In this document: positions 18,537 to 28,602 of the stretch, one piece after another
Numbering within the stretch: position 1 is the first letter of the stretch
Layout of the letters: every line of letters begins with the position of its first letter
From: Planctomycetota bacterium
GTDB taxonomy: Bacteria > Planctomycetota > UBA1135 > UBA2386
Assembly (NCBI GenBank): GCA_046290465.1
Contig: JBKAGP010000001.1
Span: forward strand, 6,464,001 to 6,528,000
Length of the DNA stretch: 64,000 bases
Reading direction: 5' to 3'
Made by a program: the position numbers and the translations under genes
The notes under the pieces: generated by a model
The model's input: only the letters and a program-made list of their open reading frames with translations
Databases searched by the model: none
What the model was told of the DNA's origin: nothing

Positions 18537-19310
18537 GTGACGTGCGAAGCGTTCGAACGCGACGGCTTCGTCGGCCCGCTCGCGATGCTGTCGGCCGCAG
18601 AGCTCGACCGGGTGCGGTGCGCAGTCGCCGACGTCATCGCCGATCTGGACACGCACCGGCAGCGGCTCTACGAGGTCGAGCAGGCGTTCACCGAGCGCCC
18701 GGACGAGGTCGTCTGCCACTTCCTCGGCGGCTTCCGCGTGCACCCGGTGCTGCGCGAGCTGATCTTCCACCAGGGCATCACGTCGACGTGCGCCGCGCTG
18801 CTCGGCGTCGATCGGCTGCGGTTCTGGCACGACCAGGTGTTCGCCAAGCCGCCGCGGCATCCCGGGGTGGTGCCGTGGCACCAGGACTATTCATACTGGC
18901 GCCGGACCGCGCCGGCGCGCCACATCACCTGCAACCTGCTGCTCGACGACAGCGACGAGGCCAGCGGCTGCCTGCAGTTCGTACCGGGCAGCCACCGCTG
19001 GCCGCTGCTGCCGAGCCTGCCGTTCGACAGCGAACTCGAGGCGGTCCGCGCGCAGCTGCCGGCGGGAGCGTCGTTCGCCCCGCGGGCGGTGCCGGTGCCT
19101 GCCGGCAGTGCGACGTTCCACCACAGCCACACCCTGCACGGCAGCGACGCCAACCGCAGCGAGCGCTGGCGCCGCGCCGTCGTGCTCAACTACATGGCCG
19201 CCGACACGCGCGTCGCCGACGGTTCGCGGCCGCTGCTCGACGGGGTCCCGCTGCTGCCCGAGGGGGCGCTGGTCGAGGGCGACGACTTCCCGATCGTGTT
19301 CGAGCGCTGA
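18537..19310 (+). CDS. Phytanoyl-CoA dioxygenase (PhyH) family Fe(II)/2-oxoglutarate oxygenase
   Basis: FERDGF, PWHQDYSYW (HxD), GCLQFVPGSH, FHHSHTLHGSDANRS. Confidence 0.92.
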   Translation: MTCEAFERDGFVGPLAMLSAAELDRVRCAVADVIADLDTHRQRLYEVEQAFTERPDEVVCHFLGGFRVHPVLRELIFHQGITSTCAALLGVDRLRFWHDQVFAKPPRHPGVVPWHQDYSYWRRTAPARHITCNLLLDDSDEASGCLQFVPGSHRWPLLPSLPFDSELEAVRAQLPAGASFAPRAVPVPAGSATFHHSHTLHGSDANRSERWRRAVVLNYMAADTRVADGSRPLLDGVPLLPEGALVEGDDFPIVFER

Positions 19311-19325
19311 GCGGCCAGGCGCGCG

Positions 19326-19607
19326 TCACCGATCCGGCGATTCGACCAGGGCGCGCGACGCGGCCAGCACCTCGTCGAGGATGCGGGTCAGCTGTTCGGG
19401 CGAGAAGCCGTCGCCGGGAGCGGCGCGCAGCGCGGCGTGCAGCATCGCGCGTTCGCGCTCCGGGTCCTGCGTGGCCAGGCCGTGGTCGCGCTTGCAGCGG
19501 CCGATCTCGCGGGCCAGCGCGGCGCGCTCGTGCAGCACCGCCAGCAGCCGCTCGTGCAGTTCGTCCATGCGCGCGCGCAGGTCGTGCAGGTGGTCGGGGC
19601 TGCCCAT
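19326..19607 (-). CDS. Chorismate mutase (AroQ type)
   Basis: LRARMDELH...LHERAALAREIGRCK...QDPERERAML. Confidence 0.88.
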   Translation of the reverse strand: MGSPDHLHDLRARMDELHERLLAVLHERAALAREIGRCKRDHGLATQDPERERAMLHAALRAAPGDGFSPEQLTRILDEVLAASRALVESPDR

Positions 19608-19684
19608 CGTCGCCGCATGCTAGCAGCCGGCGTCTTGCCTGCACACGCCGCTGCGGCGGGGCCGTGGTCGGCTAGAATGGCGCG

Positions 19685-21223
19685 ATGCCTCGCCTCGCTG
19701 CCCGCCGGCTTCTTGCGGTGTCATTGCCTTCGGTGTCATTGCCTTCGGTGCCATTGCCTGCGGTGCCGTTCGCAGCGGTACCGTTCGCCGCGGCGCTGGT
19801 CGTCGGTCCGCTCACGGGCCAGCTGCCGCAATTCGTGCTCGATACCCCGCCGGCGATCCTGGCGCAGCAGTTCGACAACGTCAGCTGCGTCGACGTCGAC
19901 GGCGATGCGGACCTGGACCTGTTCGCCTACAGCAGCTTCGGCCTCGGCGGTGGCAGCATCCGGCTGCTGCGCAACGACGGCGGCAACGTCTTCACCGACG
20001 TCTCCGCGTCGCTGCCGATGCTCGGCAACGGCGCCACCGGCGTCAGCTGGTTCGACGCCGACGGCGACGGCGACCTCGACGCGTTCCTGACCGTCGTCTC
20101 CGCGCCGAGCATCGTGTTGCGCAACGTCGGCGGCGGGGCGTTCGTGATCGGCGCGCAGCTCGCCGGGGCGAGCGGCCAGACCGGCAGCGCCGTCGCCGAC
20201 TTCGACGGCGACGGCGACCTGGACGTCGCGGTGTCGGGCTCGGCGCTGATCAGTTCGCGCGACCGCGTGCTGCTCAACGACGGCACCGGGCAGTTCCCGA
20301 CCGAGGTGTTCCTCGGCGTGCCGCTCAGCAGCACGGTCGTCGCCGGCGACCTCGACCTCGACGGCGACGCCGACCTGGTCTACATCGACGCCGGCGCGGG
20401 GCTGCGCGTGCTGCGCAACGACGGCGCCAACGTGTTCACCGACGTCAGCGCGACCCAGGCGGTGATGCTGCCGGGCTCGGTGCCGTCGACCGGTGTCGGG
20501 CTCGACCTCGAGGGCGACGGCGACCTCGACCTGGTGCTGCGCGGTGGCTACCAGGGCAGCGACACTTTCGTGCGCAACGTCGGCGGCGTGCTGACCGAGA
20601 TCGGGCCGCTGCCCGGGCCGAGCAACAGCAGCTACCTCGCGGTCGGCGATGTCGACGGCGACGGCGCTCCGGACGTCGTGCGCGCGCTGCTGCCGTCCGG
20701 GATCGCGCTGTCGCGCAACGACGGCGTCGGCGGCTTCGTCGACGGCGCGGCGCGCATGCCGCCGCAGGTGATCTACTCGTGGGCGGTCGCGCTCGGCGAC
20801 CTCGACGGCGACGGCGACGAGGACCTCGTCAGCTGCCTGAGTGGCGCGGCGACCCTGGTGCTGCGCAACCGGGACGTCGACCTGCAGGTCGACGCCGCGG
20901 CGATCGGCCAGCCGTGGACGTGCCGGCTGCGATCGCGCCCGGGCTACGCGACCGGCGCCCAGCCGATGCGGCTGGCGGTCTCCCTGGCGCGGCTGCCGCA
21001 GGCCGTGACGCTGCCGGCCATCGGCCAGCTCTGGCTCGACCTGACCGCACCGCACGCGCTGTTCGACCAGGTCGCGCCGCCGGTCGACGGCACCGCGGTG
21101 TTCTCGCTGTCGATCCCGAACGATCCGGCGCTGGTCGGGGTGACCCTGCACGTGCAGGGACTGGTCGCGCGCGCGCCGGGACCGCCGCGGCTGACCGCGT
21201 GGCTCCCGGTGACGATCCAGTAG
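19685..21223 (+). CDS. Secreted FG-GAP/VCBS repeat protein with C-terminal beta domain
   Basis: Seven DxDGDGDxD...LRNxGxG repeats; hydrophobic N-terminus. Confidence 0.9.
   Translation: MPRLAARRLLAVSLPSVSLPSVPLPAVPFAAVPFAAALVVGPLTGQLPQFVLDTPPAILAQQFDNVSCVDVDGDADLDLFAYSSFGLGGGSIRLLRNDGGNVFTDVSASLPMLGNGATGVSWFDADGDGDLDAFLTVVSAPSIVLRNVGGGAFVIGAQLAGASGQTGSAVADFDGDGDLDVAVSGSALISSRDRVLLNDGTGQFPTEVFLGVPLSSTVVAGDLDLDGDADLVYIDAGAGLRVLRNDGANVFTDVSATQAVMLPGSVPSTGVGLDLEGDGDLDLVLRGGYQGSDTFVRNVGGVLTEIGPLPGPSNSSYLAVGDVDGDGAPDVVRALLPSGIALSRNDGVGGFVDGAARMPPQVIYSWAVALGDLDGDGDEDLVSCLSGAATLVLRNRDVDLQVDAAAIGQPWTCRLRSRPGYATGAQPMRLAVSLARLPQAVTLPAIGQLWLDLTAPHALFDQVAPPVDGTAVFSLSIPNDPALVGVTLHVQGLVARAPGPPRLTAWLPVTIQ
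19716..19790 (+). repeat. 15-nt tandem repeat, 5 diverging copies, inside the signal region
   Basis: cggtgtcattgcctt x2, cggtgccattgcctg, cggtgccgttcgcag, cggtaccgttcgccg (VSLPS/VPLPA/VPFAA). Confidence 0.85.
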
Positions 21224-21298
21224 CGACGGCTCGCCGGCGCGCGTGGTCGCCAGCCGTGGTTGCCTGCCGCGGCTGCCGCTGGTACGACCGTCCGCCAG

Positions 21299-23911
21299 AT
21301 GGCCGCCCGCCCCGTGCAACCAGAAGTCCTCGCGCCCGCAGGTTCGATCGAGTCGCTGCGGGCGGCGCTGTGGAACGGCGCCGACTCGGTCTACTTCGGC
21401 CTGCAGGACGGCTTCAACGCGCGGGCCCGCGCCGCCAACTTCGCGATCCGCACGCTGCCGGAGACCGTCGCGCGCATCCATCGCGCCGGCGCGCGCGCCT
21501 ACGTCACGCTCAACACGTTGGTCTTCGAGCCGGAGCTCGAGGCGCTCGAACGGGTGGTGCGCGCGATCGCGCGGTCGGGCGTCGACGCGCTGATCGTGCA
21601 GGACCCGGCGGTGTGCCTGCTGGCGCGCGCGATCTGCCCCGAGCTCGAGCTGCACGCCAGCACCCAGATGACGATCGCCGAGCCGGCGGCGGCGCCGTTC
21701 GCGACCGGGCTCGGCGTCAGCCGCATCGTCGTGCCGCGCGAGCTGTCGGTGTCGGAGATCCGGAGCTTCGCGGCCGGTACCGACGCCGAACTCGAGGTGT
21801 TCATCCACGGCGCGTTGTGCGTCTCGTGGAGCGGCCAGTGCCTGACCAGCGAGGCTTGGGGCGGCCGTTCGGCCAACCGCGGCCAGTGCGCGCAGTCGTG
21901 CCGGATGCCGTACGAGCTGGTCGTCGACGGCGAGCTGCGACCGCTCGGCGACGTGCAGTATCTGCTGAGTCCCAAGGACCTGTCCGGGGCGCGCGCCGTG
22001 CCCGAACTGCTCGACATCGGCGTGCACGGCCTCAAGATCGAGGGCCGCCAGAAGGGGCCGCAGTACGTCGCGACGGCGACCGGCGGCTACCGGCGCTGGG
22101 TCGACGGGTTGCTCGGGGGCGAGGACCGGCACGCGGTTGAACGCCGGCTCGCCGACGACCTGCTGCAGATGTCGCTCAGCTACACGCGCGGCTTCTCGGA
22201 CGGCTTCCTCGGCGGCAGCGACCACCAGACGCTGGTCGAGGGACGCTTCCCCAAGCACCGTGGGGTGTTCGTCGGTCGCGTCACGCGGCTCGACGCCGAG
22301 CACGTCGTGGTGCGCACCGACGATCCGGACGGCAGGCCGTGGACCGGGGCGCTGGCGCTCGGTCGACGGCCCGACGCACCGGTCGGCGAACGCAGCGATG
22401 CGCTGCCCGCTGCCGGCGACGCCGCGCCGCTGCAGCTACGCGCCGGCATGGGGGTCGTGTTCGACCAGGGCGATCCGGAGGACCGGCACGAGCCGGGCGG
22501 GCCGCTGTTCTCGGTCGAACGGCGCGGCGACGAGCTGCTGCTCGGCTTCGGCAAGCCGGGGCCGGACCTGTCGCGCGTCAAGGTCGGCGATCGCGTGTTC
22601 GCCAACAGCGATCCGTCGCTCGGCAGCGTGGCCGGCCGGACGAGCCGCGACGACGCGCCGGAGCCCGAGGGCCGCAACCCGGTCGACCTGTCGGTGTCGG
22701 GGGCGCTCGGCGAGCCGCTGCGGGTCGTCGCGCGCTGCGGGCCGCACCAGGTCGAGCGGGCCTCGGCGTCGCCGCTGCAGCAGGCCCGCGGCGGCGGCCT
22801 CGACGACGCGATCCTGCGCGACAAGCTCGGCGCGTTCGGCGGCACGCCGTTCGCGCTGTCCGGCCTCGACGTCGCCGGGCTCGCCGCCGGCCTGCACGTG
22901 CCGGCCAGCGAACTGAAGGAGCTGCGCCGCCAGCTGGTCCAGGAGCTGTTGCCGCGCATCGAGCGCGGCCCGGTGCGCACCGTCGACGCGTCGCCGGCGA
23001 ACCCGCGGGTCGCCGACGGCTTCGCCCCGGTCGAACCGCGCCCGGGCGCGCCGACCGTGGTGCCGCTGGTGCGCAGCGACGAGCAGCTCGAGGCGGCGAT
23101 CGCCGCCGGGGTGGCCGAGGTCGAGCTCGACTGGATGGAGTTCGTCGGGCTCGGCAAGGCGTATGAGCGGGCACGCGCGGCGGGCCTGACGGTCACGGTG
23201 GCGAGCACGCGCATCGGCAAGCCCGGCGAGGACGCGCTGGTGCAGCGCATCCTCAAGCTGGAGCCGGACGGCGTGCTGGTGCGGCACTTCGGCGCAATGA
23301 TGCGCTGCCTGCGACACCGCGACGAGCACGGCGCGTCGTTCGCTCTGCACGGCGACTTCTCACTCAACGCGACCAACTCGCTGACCGCGCGGCACCTGCT
23401 GCTGCAGGGCCTCGAGACGATCACCGCGTCGTTCGACCTCGACGAGACCCAGCTGTTCGCGATGCTCGAGCACGTCGAGCCGAGCCGCATCGCGATCGTC
23501 GCGCACCATCGCATCCCGACGTTCCACACCGAGCACTGCGTCTACTCGCACCTGCTCAGCAACGGCCGCGACTACCGCTCGTGTGGCCGGCCGTGCGAGC
23601 AGCATCGCGTCGCGCTGCGCGACCACACCGGTCGCGAGCATCCGGTGATCGTCGACGTCGGCTGCCGCAACACGGTGTTCCACCACGCACCACAGCAGAG
23701 CGCTGAGTGGACCGCGGGGCTGCGCGAGCTGGGCGTGCGGCGGTTCCGGGTCGAGTTCGTGCGCGAGACGGCCGACGAGGTCGCGGCCGTGCTGGCGGCG
23801 TGGCGCGAGCACCTCGGCGGTCGCATCGACGCCGACGAACTGGCGCGGCGCACCGGCGCCTCGGGCCAGATCGGCGTCGCGCAGGGCGGCATGAAGCTGC
23901 TCGCCGAGTAG
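21299..23911 (+). CDS. U32 family protein (RlhA/YdcP-like Fe-S hydroxylase architecture)
   Basis: LAPAGS, GADSVYFG, HASTQM, HGALCVSWSGQC...SANRGQCAQSCR, LSPKDL, LKIEGR; second degenerate U32 domain with HTEHC...CGRPC...GCRN. Confidence 0.88.
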   Translation: MAARPVQPEVLAPAGSIESLRAALWNGADSVYFGLQDGFNARARAANFAIRTLPETVARIHRAGARAYVTLNTLVFEPELEALERVVRAIARSGVDALIVQDPAVCLLARAICPELELHASTQMTIAEPAAAPFATGLGVSRIVVPRELSVSEIRSFAAGTDAELEVFIHGALCVSWSGQCLTSEAWGGRSANRGQCAQSCRMPYELVVDGELRPLGDVQYLLSPKDLSGARAVPELLDIGVHGLKIEGRQKGPQYVATATGGYRRWVDGLLGGEDRHAVERRLADDLLQMSLSYTRGFSDGFLGGSDHQTLVEGRFPKHRGVFVGRVTRLDAEHVVVRTDDPDGRPWTGALALGRRPDAPVGERSDALPAAGDAAPLQLRAGMGVVFDQGDPEDRHEPGGPLFSVERRGDELLLGFGKPGPDLSRVKVGDRVFANSDPSLGSVAGRTSRDDAPEPEGRNPVDLSVSGALGEPLRVVARCGPHQVERASASPLQQARGGGLDDAILRDKLGAFGGTPFALSGLDVAGLAAGLHVPASELKELRRQLVQELLPRIERGPVRTVDASPANPRVADGFAPVEPRPGAPTVVPLVRSDEQLEAAIAAGVAEVELDWMEFVGLGKAYERARAAGLTVTVASTRIGKPGEDALVQRILKLEPDGVLVRHFGAMMRCLRHRDEHGASFALHGDFSLNATNSLTARHLLLQGLETITASFDLDETQLFAMLEHVEPSRIAIVAHHRIPTFHTEHCVYSHLLSNGRDYRSCGRPCEQHRVALRDHTGREHPVIVDVGCRNTVFHHAPQQSAEWTAGLRELGVRRFRVEFVRETADEVAAVLAAWREHLGGRIDADELARRTGASGQIGVAQGGMKLLAE

Positions 23912-23914
23912 CGC

Positions 23915-24364
23915 TCAGGCCGGCAGCACCCGCAGCAGCCGCTGCAGGAACAGGCAGTAGCTGGCGCCGAACGCACACGCGACGTGCCACAGCGTGCGCA
24001 GACCCCACGACACTTCGGTCGGGAAGTAGCGGGTCGCGAACCACTCGAGCAGGCCGCCGGCGACGGCGGCGGCGATCGCGATGATGGTCGCGACCAGCGC
24101 CGCCAGCGGGATCGCGCGCGCGCCCTCGGGCATCGGCGGCAGCGGCCGGCGCTGCCAGATGCGCTTGCCGAGCACCTGCATCGCGAACGCGAACGCGACC
24201 AGAAGCAGCCAGTGCAGCGGCTGCAGTTCGTAGTTGCGGAACTGCGCGACACCGGCGACCCAGATGATCGCGATGCCCATCGGGATCAGGCCGAGGATGC
24301 GGTCGAGCGGCCGCGGCCGTCCTGGCGGCTGCTGCGGGCGCGGAGCTTCCGGGGCGTCACTCAC
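23915..24364 (-). CDS. Hypothetical membrane protein (about 4 TM)
   Basis: Four hydrophobic stretches; 4 nt from the upstream DsrE-like gene. Confidence 0.7.
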   Translation of the reverse strand: MSDAPEAPRPQQPPGRPRPLDRILGLIPMGIAIIWVAGVAQFRNYELQPLHWLLLVAFAFAMQVLGKRIWQRRPLPPMPEGARAIPLAALVATIIAIAAAVAGGLLEWFATRYFPTEVSWGLRTLWHVACAFGASYCLFLQRLLRVLPA

Positions 24365-24368
24365 GTCG

Positions 24369-24695
24369 CTAGATCGTGATCACCTTGGCGGCGCGGTTGA
24401 GCTCCTGCACGATCGAGTCCATGTCGGAGACCGCGCCGACCCGTGGTTCGACTTCGTAGTGGGCCAGGCAGGTGCCGCACGGCACGATGTCGACGCCGCG
24501 CTCCTCGAGCAGCTGCAGCTCGGCGAGCACCGGCGAGTCGGCGGCCACCAGCTTGACGCCGCTGTTGAAGAACACGATCGCGGTGAAGTCGGTCAGCGCG
24601 ATCGACTTCTTCAGGAACGTGCCGAGCACCTTCTGGCCGAGGTCGCGGTCCCCGTGGCCCATCTGGTCCTTGTTCAAGACGACGATCGTGTCCAT
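24369..24695 (-). CDS. DsrE/YedF-C-terminal-like sulfur/selenium relay protein
   Basis: MGHGDRDLGQKVL, FFNSGVKL, CGTCL, VSDMDSI. Confidence 0.85.
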   Translation of the reverse strand: MDTIVVLNKDQMGHGDRDLGQKVLGTFLKKSIALTDFTAIVFFNSGVKLVAADSPVLAELQLLEERGVDIVPCGTCLAHYEVEPRVGAVSDMDSIVQELNRAAKVITI

Positions 24696-24772
24696 GCCCC
24701 TGATCGTGCCGGCGCGGCCGGCCGGTGAAAGCCTTTTATGGCAGTCGGCCGTGCCGTAGTTTGCGCGGCTCG

Positions 24773-26047
24773 ATGAAAGTCCTCGTAGTCGGTTCTGGCG
24801 GCCGGGAGCACGCGCTCGCCTGGAAGATCCAGCAGTCTCCGCTCGTCGACCGCGTCTACGTGGCGCCGGGCAACCCGGGCACCGAGCAGATCGGCGAGAA
24901 CGTGCAGATCTCCTCCGACGACCTCGAGGGCCTGGTCCGGTTCGCCGTCGACGAGTCGATCGACCTGACCGTCGTCGGGCCGGAGGCGCCGCTGTGCGCC
25001 GGCATCGTCGACCTGTTCCGCAAACGCGGCAAGCTGTGCTTCGGCCCGGACAAGGCCGCCGCCGAACTCGAGGGCAGCAAGGCGTTCGCCCGCAAGATCT
25101 GCACCGACCACCGGATCCCGGGGCCGCAGTGGTGGGCCTACGAGAACCTGGCGATGGCGCGCGCGTTCCTCGAGTCGCGCCCGGACGGTCCGATCGTCGT
25201 CAAGGCGTCGGGGCTGGCCGCCGGCAAGGGCGTCGCCGTCTGCAAGAACAACGAGCAGGCTCGCGTCGCGGTCTCCGAGTGCTTCGACGGCCGCTTCGGC
25301 GACGCCGGCAGCGTGGTGCTGTTCGAGGAATGCCTCGAGGGCCCGGAGGTGTCGCTGATCACGCTGACCGACGGCGAGACGATCGTGCCGCTCGAGCCGG
25401 CGCGCGACCACAAGCCGGTCGGCGAGGGCGACACCGGGCCCAACACCGGCGGCATGGGGGTGATCACGCCGGTGCCGCTGATGCCGCGCATGGCGACGCA
25501 GATCGAGTCGCAGATCGTGTTCCCGACGGTGCACGCGATGAACCGCGAAAAGCGCCGCTACCGCGGCTTCCTCTACGCCGGCCTGATGCTGACCACGAAC
25601 GGCCCGCGCGTGCTCGAATACAACTGCCGCATGGGCGACCCTGAGACGCAGCCGCTGCTGATGCGCCTGAAGAGCGACCTGGTGCCGCTGCTGCTGGCGA
25701 CCGCCGAGGGCAGGCTCGAGACCGTCGACGCGCCGGTCTGGGACCAGCGCGTCGCGGTCTGCGTGGTCGCGTGCAGCGGCGGCTACCCCGGCGACTACAA
25801 GAAGGGCGTGCCGATCTTCGGCCTCGACAAGATCGAGACCGGCGACGACCTGCAGGTCTTCCACGCCGGCACGCGGCGCTCGATCCACGGCGATCTGCAG
25901 ACAGCCGGCGGCCGGGTGCTGGCGGTCACCGCGCTCGGGGACGACGCCGAGCAGGCGCGCGAACGGGCCTACCAGGCCATCGCCAAGGTCGAGTTCGACG
26001 GCGTGCACTACCGCAAGGACATCGGCGCGCCGAAGCCGAAGGTCTGA
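24773..26047 (+). CDS. purD: Phosphoribosylamine--glycine ligase
   Basis: MKVLVVGSGGREHAL, APGNPG, VVGPEAPL, LEGSKAFA, KASGLAAGKGV, GDTGPNTGGMG, EYNCRMGDPE. Confidence 0.98.
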   Translation: MKVLVVGSGGREHALAWKIQQSPLVDRVYVAPGNPGTEQIGENVQISSDDLEGLVRFAVDESIDLTVVGPEAPLCAGIVDLFRKRGKLCFGPDKAAAELEGSKAFARKICTDHRIPGPQWWAYENLAMARAFLESRPDGPIVVKASGLAAGKGVAVCKNNEQARVAVSECFDGRFGDAGSVVLFEECLEGPEVSLITLTDGETIVPLEPARDHKPVGEGDTGPNTGGMGVITPVPLMPRMATQIESQIVFPTVHAMNREKRRYRGFLYAGLMLTTNGPRVLEYNCRMGDPETQPLLMRLKSDLVPLLLATAEGRLETVDAPVWDQRVAVCVVACSGGYPGDYKKGVPIFGLDKIETGDDLQVFHAGTRRSIHGDLQTAGGRVLAVTALGDDAEQARERAYQAIAKVEFDGVHYRKDIGAPKPKV

Positions 26048-26102
26048 AGGCCCGGCCCTCGGGCGTGAGTCCGCGGTGCCCAGCCGCTATCGTGACCGCG
26101 GC

Positions 26103-26552
26103 GTGAAGCACGAACAGGAACAGAGCATCGTCGAGGAGCACCTGCGCAAGAGCGGGTTCCGCTGGACGAACCAGCGCGCGTTGATCGTGCGGGAAGCCCT
26201 CGAGACGCACGACCACTTCACCGCCGAAGAACTGCTCGACCTCTGCCGCAAGAAGGACCCGAAGGTCTCGCGCGCGACCGTCTACCGGACGCTGTCGGTG
26301 CTCGAGGATGCGGGCTTCGTCGAGGGGCTCGAGACCGGCGACGGCGGCCGCCGCTTCGAGCACGTGCTCGGCCACGAGCACCACGACCACATGGTCTGCC
26401 TCGAGTGCGAGAAGATCATCGAGTTCCGCGACGACGAGCTCGAGCGGCGCCAGGAACTGGCCGCCAGGCGGGTCGGGTTCAAGATCCAGCGCCACAGCCT
26501 GCGCCTCTACGGCCTGTGCAAGGACTGCCAGCGGGGGAAGCGCAAGAAGTGA
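26103..26552 (+). CDS. Fur family metal-dependent transcriptional regulator
   Basis: HFTAEEL, SRATVYRTL, HHDHMVCLEC, YGLCKDC. Confidence 0.95.
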   Translation: MKHEQEQSIVEEHLRKSGFRWTNQRALIVREALETHDHFTAEELLDLCRKKDPKVSRATVYRTLSVLEDAGFVEGLETGDGGRRFEHVLGHEHHDHMVCLECEKIIEFRDDELERRQELAARRVGFKIQRHSLRLYGLCKDCQRGKRKK

Positions 26553-27949
26553 GCGAGGCGACCGAACGGGTGCTGGTCGTCGACGACGAAACCGACCTCG
26601 CCGAGTCGTGCGCCTACTTCCTCGAGCGCGCCGGCTACCAGGCGCGCTGCGCCGCGTCGGCACCGGAGGCGCTGGAGTTGCTGCAGCGGGAGCCGTTCGG
26701 CGTGGTGGTCAGCGACGTGCGCATGCCGCGCATGAACGGCATGGAGCTGCTGGCGGCGATCCGCGAGCGCGACCCGGACATCGAGGTGCTGCTGATCACC
26801 GGCTACCCCGACCTGCAGATGGCGGTGTCGGCGATCAAGCAGGGGGCGTTCGACTACCTGGCCAAGCCGTACGCCGAGCAGGACCTGATCGAACGGGTCG
26901 GCAAGGCGGCGGCGCGGCGGCGCGTCAAGGAGAGCAACGAGGGCTTCCGCGAGCGCATGCGGTCGGGGGTCTCCGGTCGGCGGCTGATCCACACGTCGAC
27001 GTCGTTCGGCGATGCGATCCAGATGCTCGAGCGCGCCGCGCGCACCGACGCGTCGGTGCTGGTGATCGGCGAGAGCGGCACCGGCAAGGAACTGCTCGCG
27101 CACCACCTGCACGACACCAGCGGGCGCGCCGACAAGCCGTTCGTGCCGGTCGACTGCACGTCGATCCCGGCGGAGCTGTTCGAGAGCGAGCTGTTCGGCC
27201 ACAAGAAGGGGGCGTTCACCGGGGCCGCTTCGGACAAGCTGGGCCTGTTCCAGGTCGCCGACGGCGGCACGCTGTTTCTGGACGAACTCGGCGAACTGCC
27301 GCTCGAGTTCCAGTCGAAGCTGCTGCGCGCGATCCAGGAGCGCAGCGTGCGCCCGGTCGGCAGCAGCGAACAGAAGGACGTCGACGTGCGCATCGTCGCC
27401 GCGACCAACCGCGACCTGCAGAAGGAGGTCGAGCAGGGCCGGTTCCGCTCGGACCTGTTCTACCGGCTCGACGTCGTGCGCATCGCGGTGCCGCCGCTGC
27501 GCGACCGACAGGGGGACGTCGACGTGCTGGTCGCGCACTTCCTCGAGCGGTTCGGCAAGAAGGTCGGCATCACGCGGGTGCAGCCTACGGCCGCCGAACG
27601 GCTGCGCGCCTACCACTGGCCGGGCAACGTGCGCCAGCTGCGCAACGCGATCGAGCGCGCCTGCGCGCTCGGCCAGGGCCCGGAACTGCGCCTCGAGGAC
27701 CTGCCGCCGGAGCTGCGCGAGGACGCGCCGGTGACGCCGCGCGCCGACGCGATCGAGGCCGAGGGCGGCACGTTCCAGGAGATGAAGGCGCGCCGCATCG
27801 CGGCGATGGAGCGCACCTACGTCGAGGAGCTGCTGACGCGGCACAAGGGCAACGTCACGCACTGCAGCGAGGAGGCCGGCATGGCCCGCAGCGCGTTCCA
27901 GAAGCTGATGCAGAAGTACGGCATCCGCTCGGCGGATTATCGTTCCTGA
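26549..27949 (+). CDS. Sigma54-dependent response regulator (NtrC/AtoC family)
   Basis: Receiver VLVVDDE/SDVRMP, GESGTGKE, ESELFGHKKGAFTGA, LFLDELGE, WPGNVRQL, Fis-type HTH; GTG overlaps the fur stop. Confidence 0.96.
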   Translation: MSEATERVLVVDDETDLAESCAYFLERAGYQARCAASAPEALELLQREPFGVVVSDVRMPRMNGMELLAAIRERDPDIEVLLITGYPDLQMAVSAIKQGAFDYLAKPYAEQDLIERVGKAAARRRVKESNEGFRERMRSGVSGRRLIHTSTSFGDAIQMLERAARTDASVLVIGESGTGKELLAHHLHDTSGRADKPFVPVDCTSIPAELFESELFGHKKGAFTGAASDKLGLFQVADGGTLFLDELGELPLEFQSKLLRAIQERSVRPVGSSEQKDVDVRIVAATNRDLQKEVEQGRFRSDLFYRLDVVRIAVPPLRDRQGDVDVLVAHFLERFGKKVGITRVQPTAAERLRAYHWPGNVRQLRNAIERACALGQGPELRLEDLPPELREDAPVTPRADAIEAEGGTFQEMKARRIAAMERTYVEELLTRHKGNVTHCSEEAGMARSAFQKLMQKYGIRSADYRS

Positions 27950-27999
27950 GCTGGCGATCCTGAGCTGGCTATCCTGAGCTGGCGATCCTGAGCTGGCGG
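27944..27999 (+). repeat. 14-bp tandem repeat, 4 copies (TCCTGAGCTGGCGA)
   Basis: Units at 27944, 27958, 27972 and 27986; the first contains the regulator's TGA stop. Confidence 0.92.
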
Positions 28000-28012
28000 A
28001 CCGGGCTGCGGC

Positions 28013-28507
28013 TCAGCCGAGCTGGTGGGCGGGTTGGAACGGCGGGTAGCTGAGCGTGTAGATACCCAGGTAGTGGCCCTCCGGGTTGACGGCGACGAAG
28101 GTGCCGTCGATGGCCTGGGTGTGCTGCACCGACAGGTCGATCATGCCGGTGGTCGACGCGAGCGCCACGTCGACGTCGTGGTCGACGCTGCCGCCCGGCG
28201 CGACCGCGTTGAAAACGGCGATCAGCATCGCCATCGCCTCGGCGTCCGCGGAGCCGCCGAACATCACCCCGTTGACGTCGGTCACCACCGCGGTCAACGA
28301 GCTCCCCGGCAGCGCGAACTGCTGGCCCGCGGGGCCCTTCCTGCCCTTCAGCGTGATGCGGATGCTGCCGGGGATCACGGTCTTGATCTTGGTGATCTCC
28401 ACCGACGGCGGCGGCACCGCGAGGGTGTAAGAGCCGCCGGGCAGGTCGACGATCGGGCTCGGCGTCTGCTGGCGGGTGTGGGACGGGTCCTGACGAGTTT
28501 CTTCCAT
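28013..28507 (-). CDS. Hypothetical protein
   Basis: 164-aa ORF with a strong SD (AAGGAGG) upstream; divergent from the ECF gene; no family recognised. Confidence 0.7.
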   Translation of the reverse strand: MEETRQDPSHTRQQTPSPIVDLPGGSYTLAVPPPSVEITKIKTVIPGSIRITLKGRKGPAGQQFALPGSSLTAVVTDVNGVMFGGSADAEAMAMLIAVFNAVAPGGSVDHDVDVALASTTGMIDLSVQHTQAIDGTFVAVNPEGHYLGIYTLSYPPFQPAHQLG

Positions 28508-28602
28508 GCGTCCTCCTTCCTGGTATCGGGATAGGTATTAGGATCGGAGCGATCGCCGCCTTGGCTTGCAAGGCCGTCACGTTGGATCGCTGTGGACCCG
28601 GC

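Noticed and set aside
27944..27999. Possible CRISPR array
   Set aside because: Contiguous 14-bp units with no spacers and no cas genes; it is a simple VNTR.
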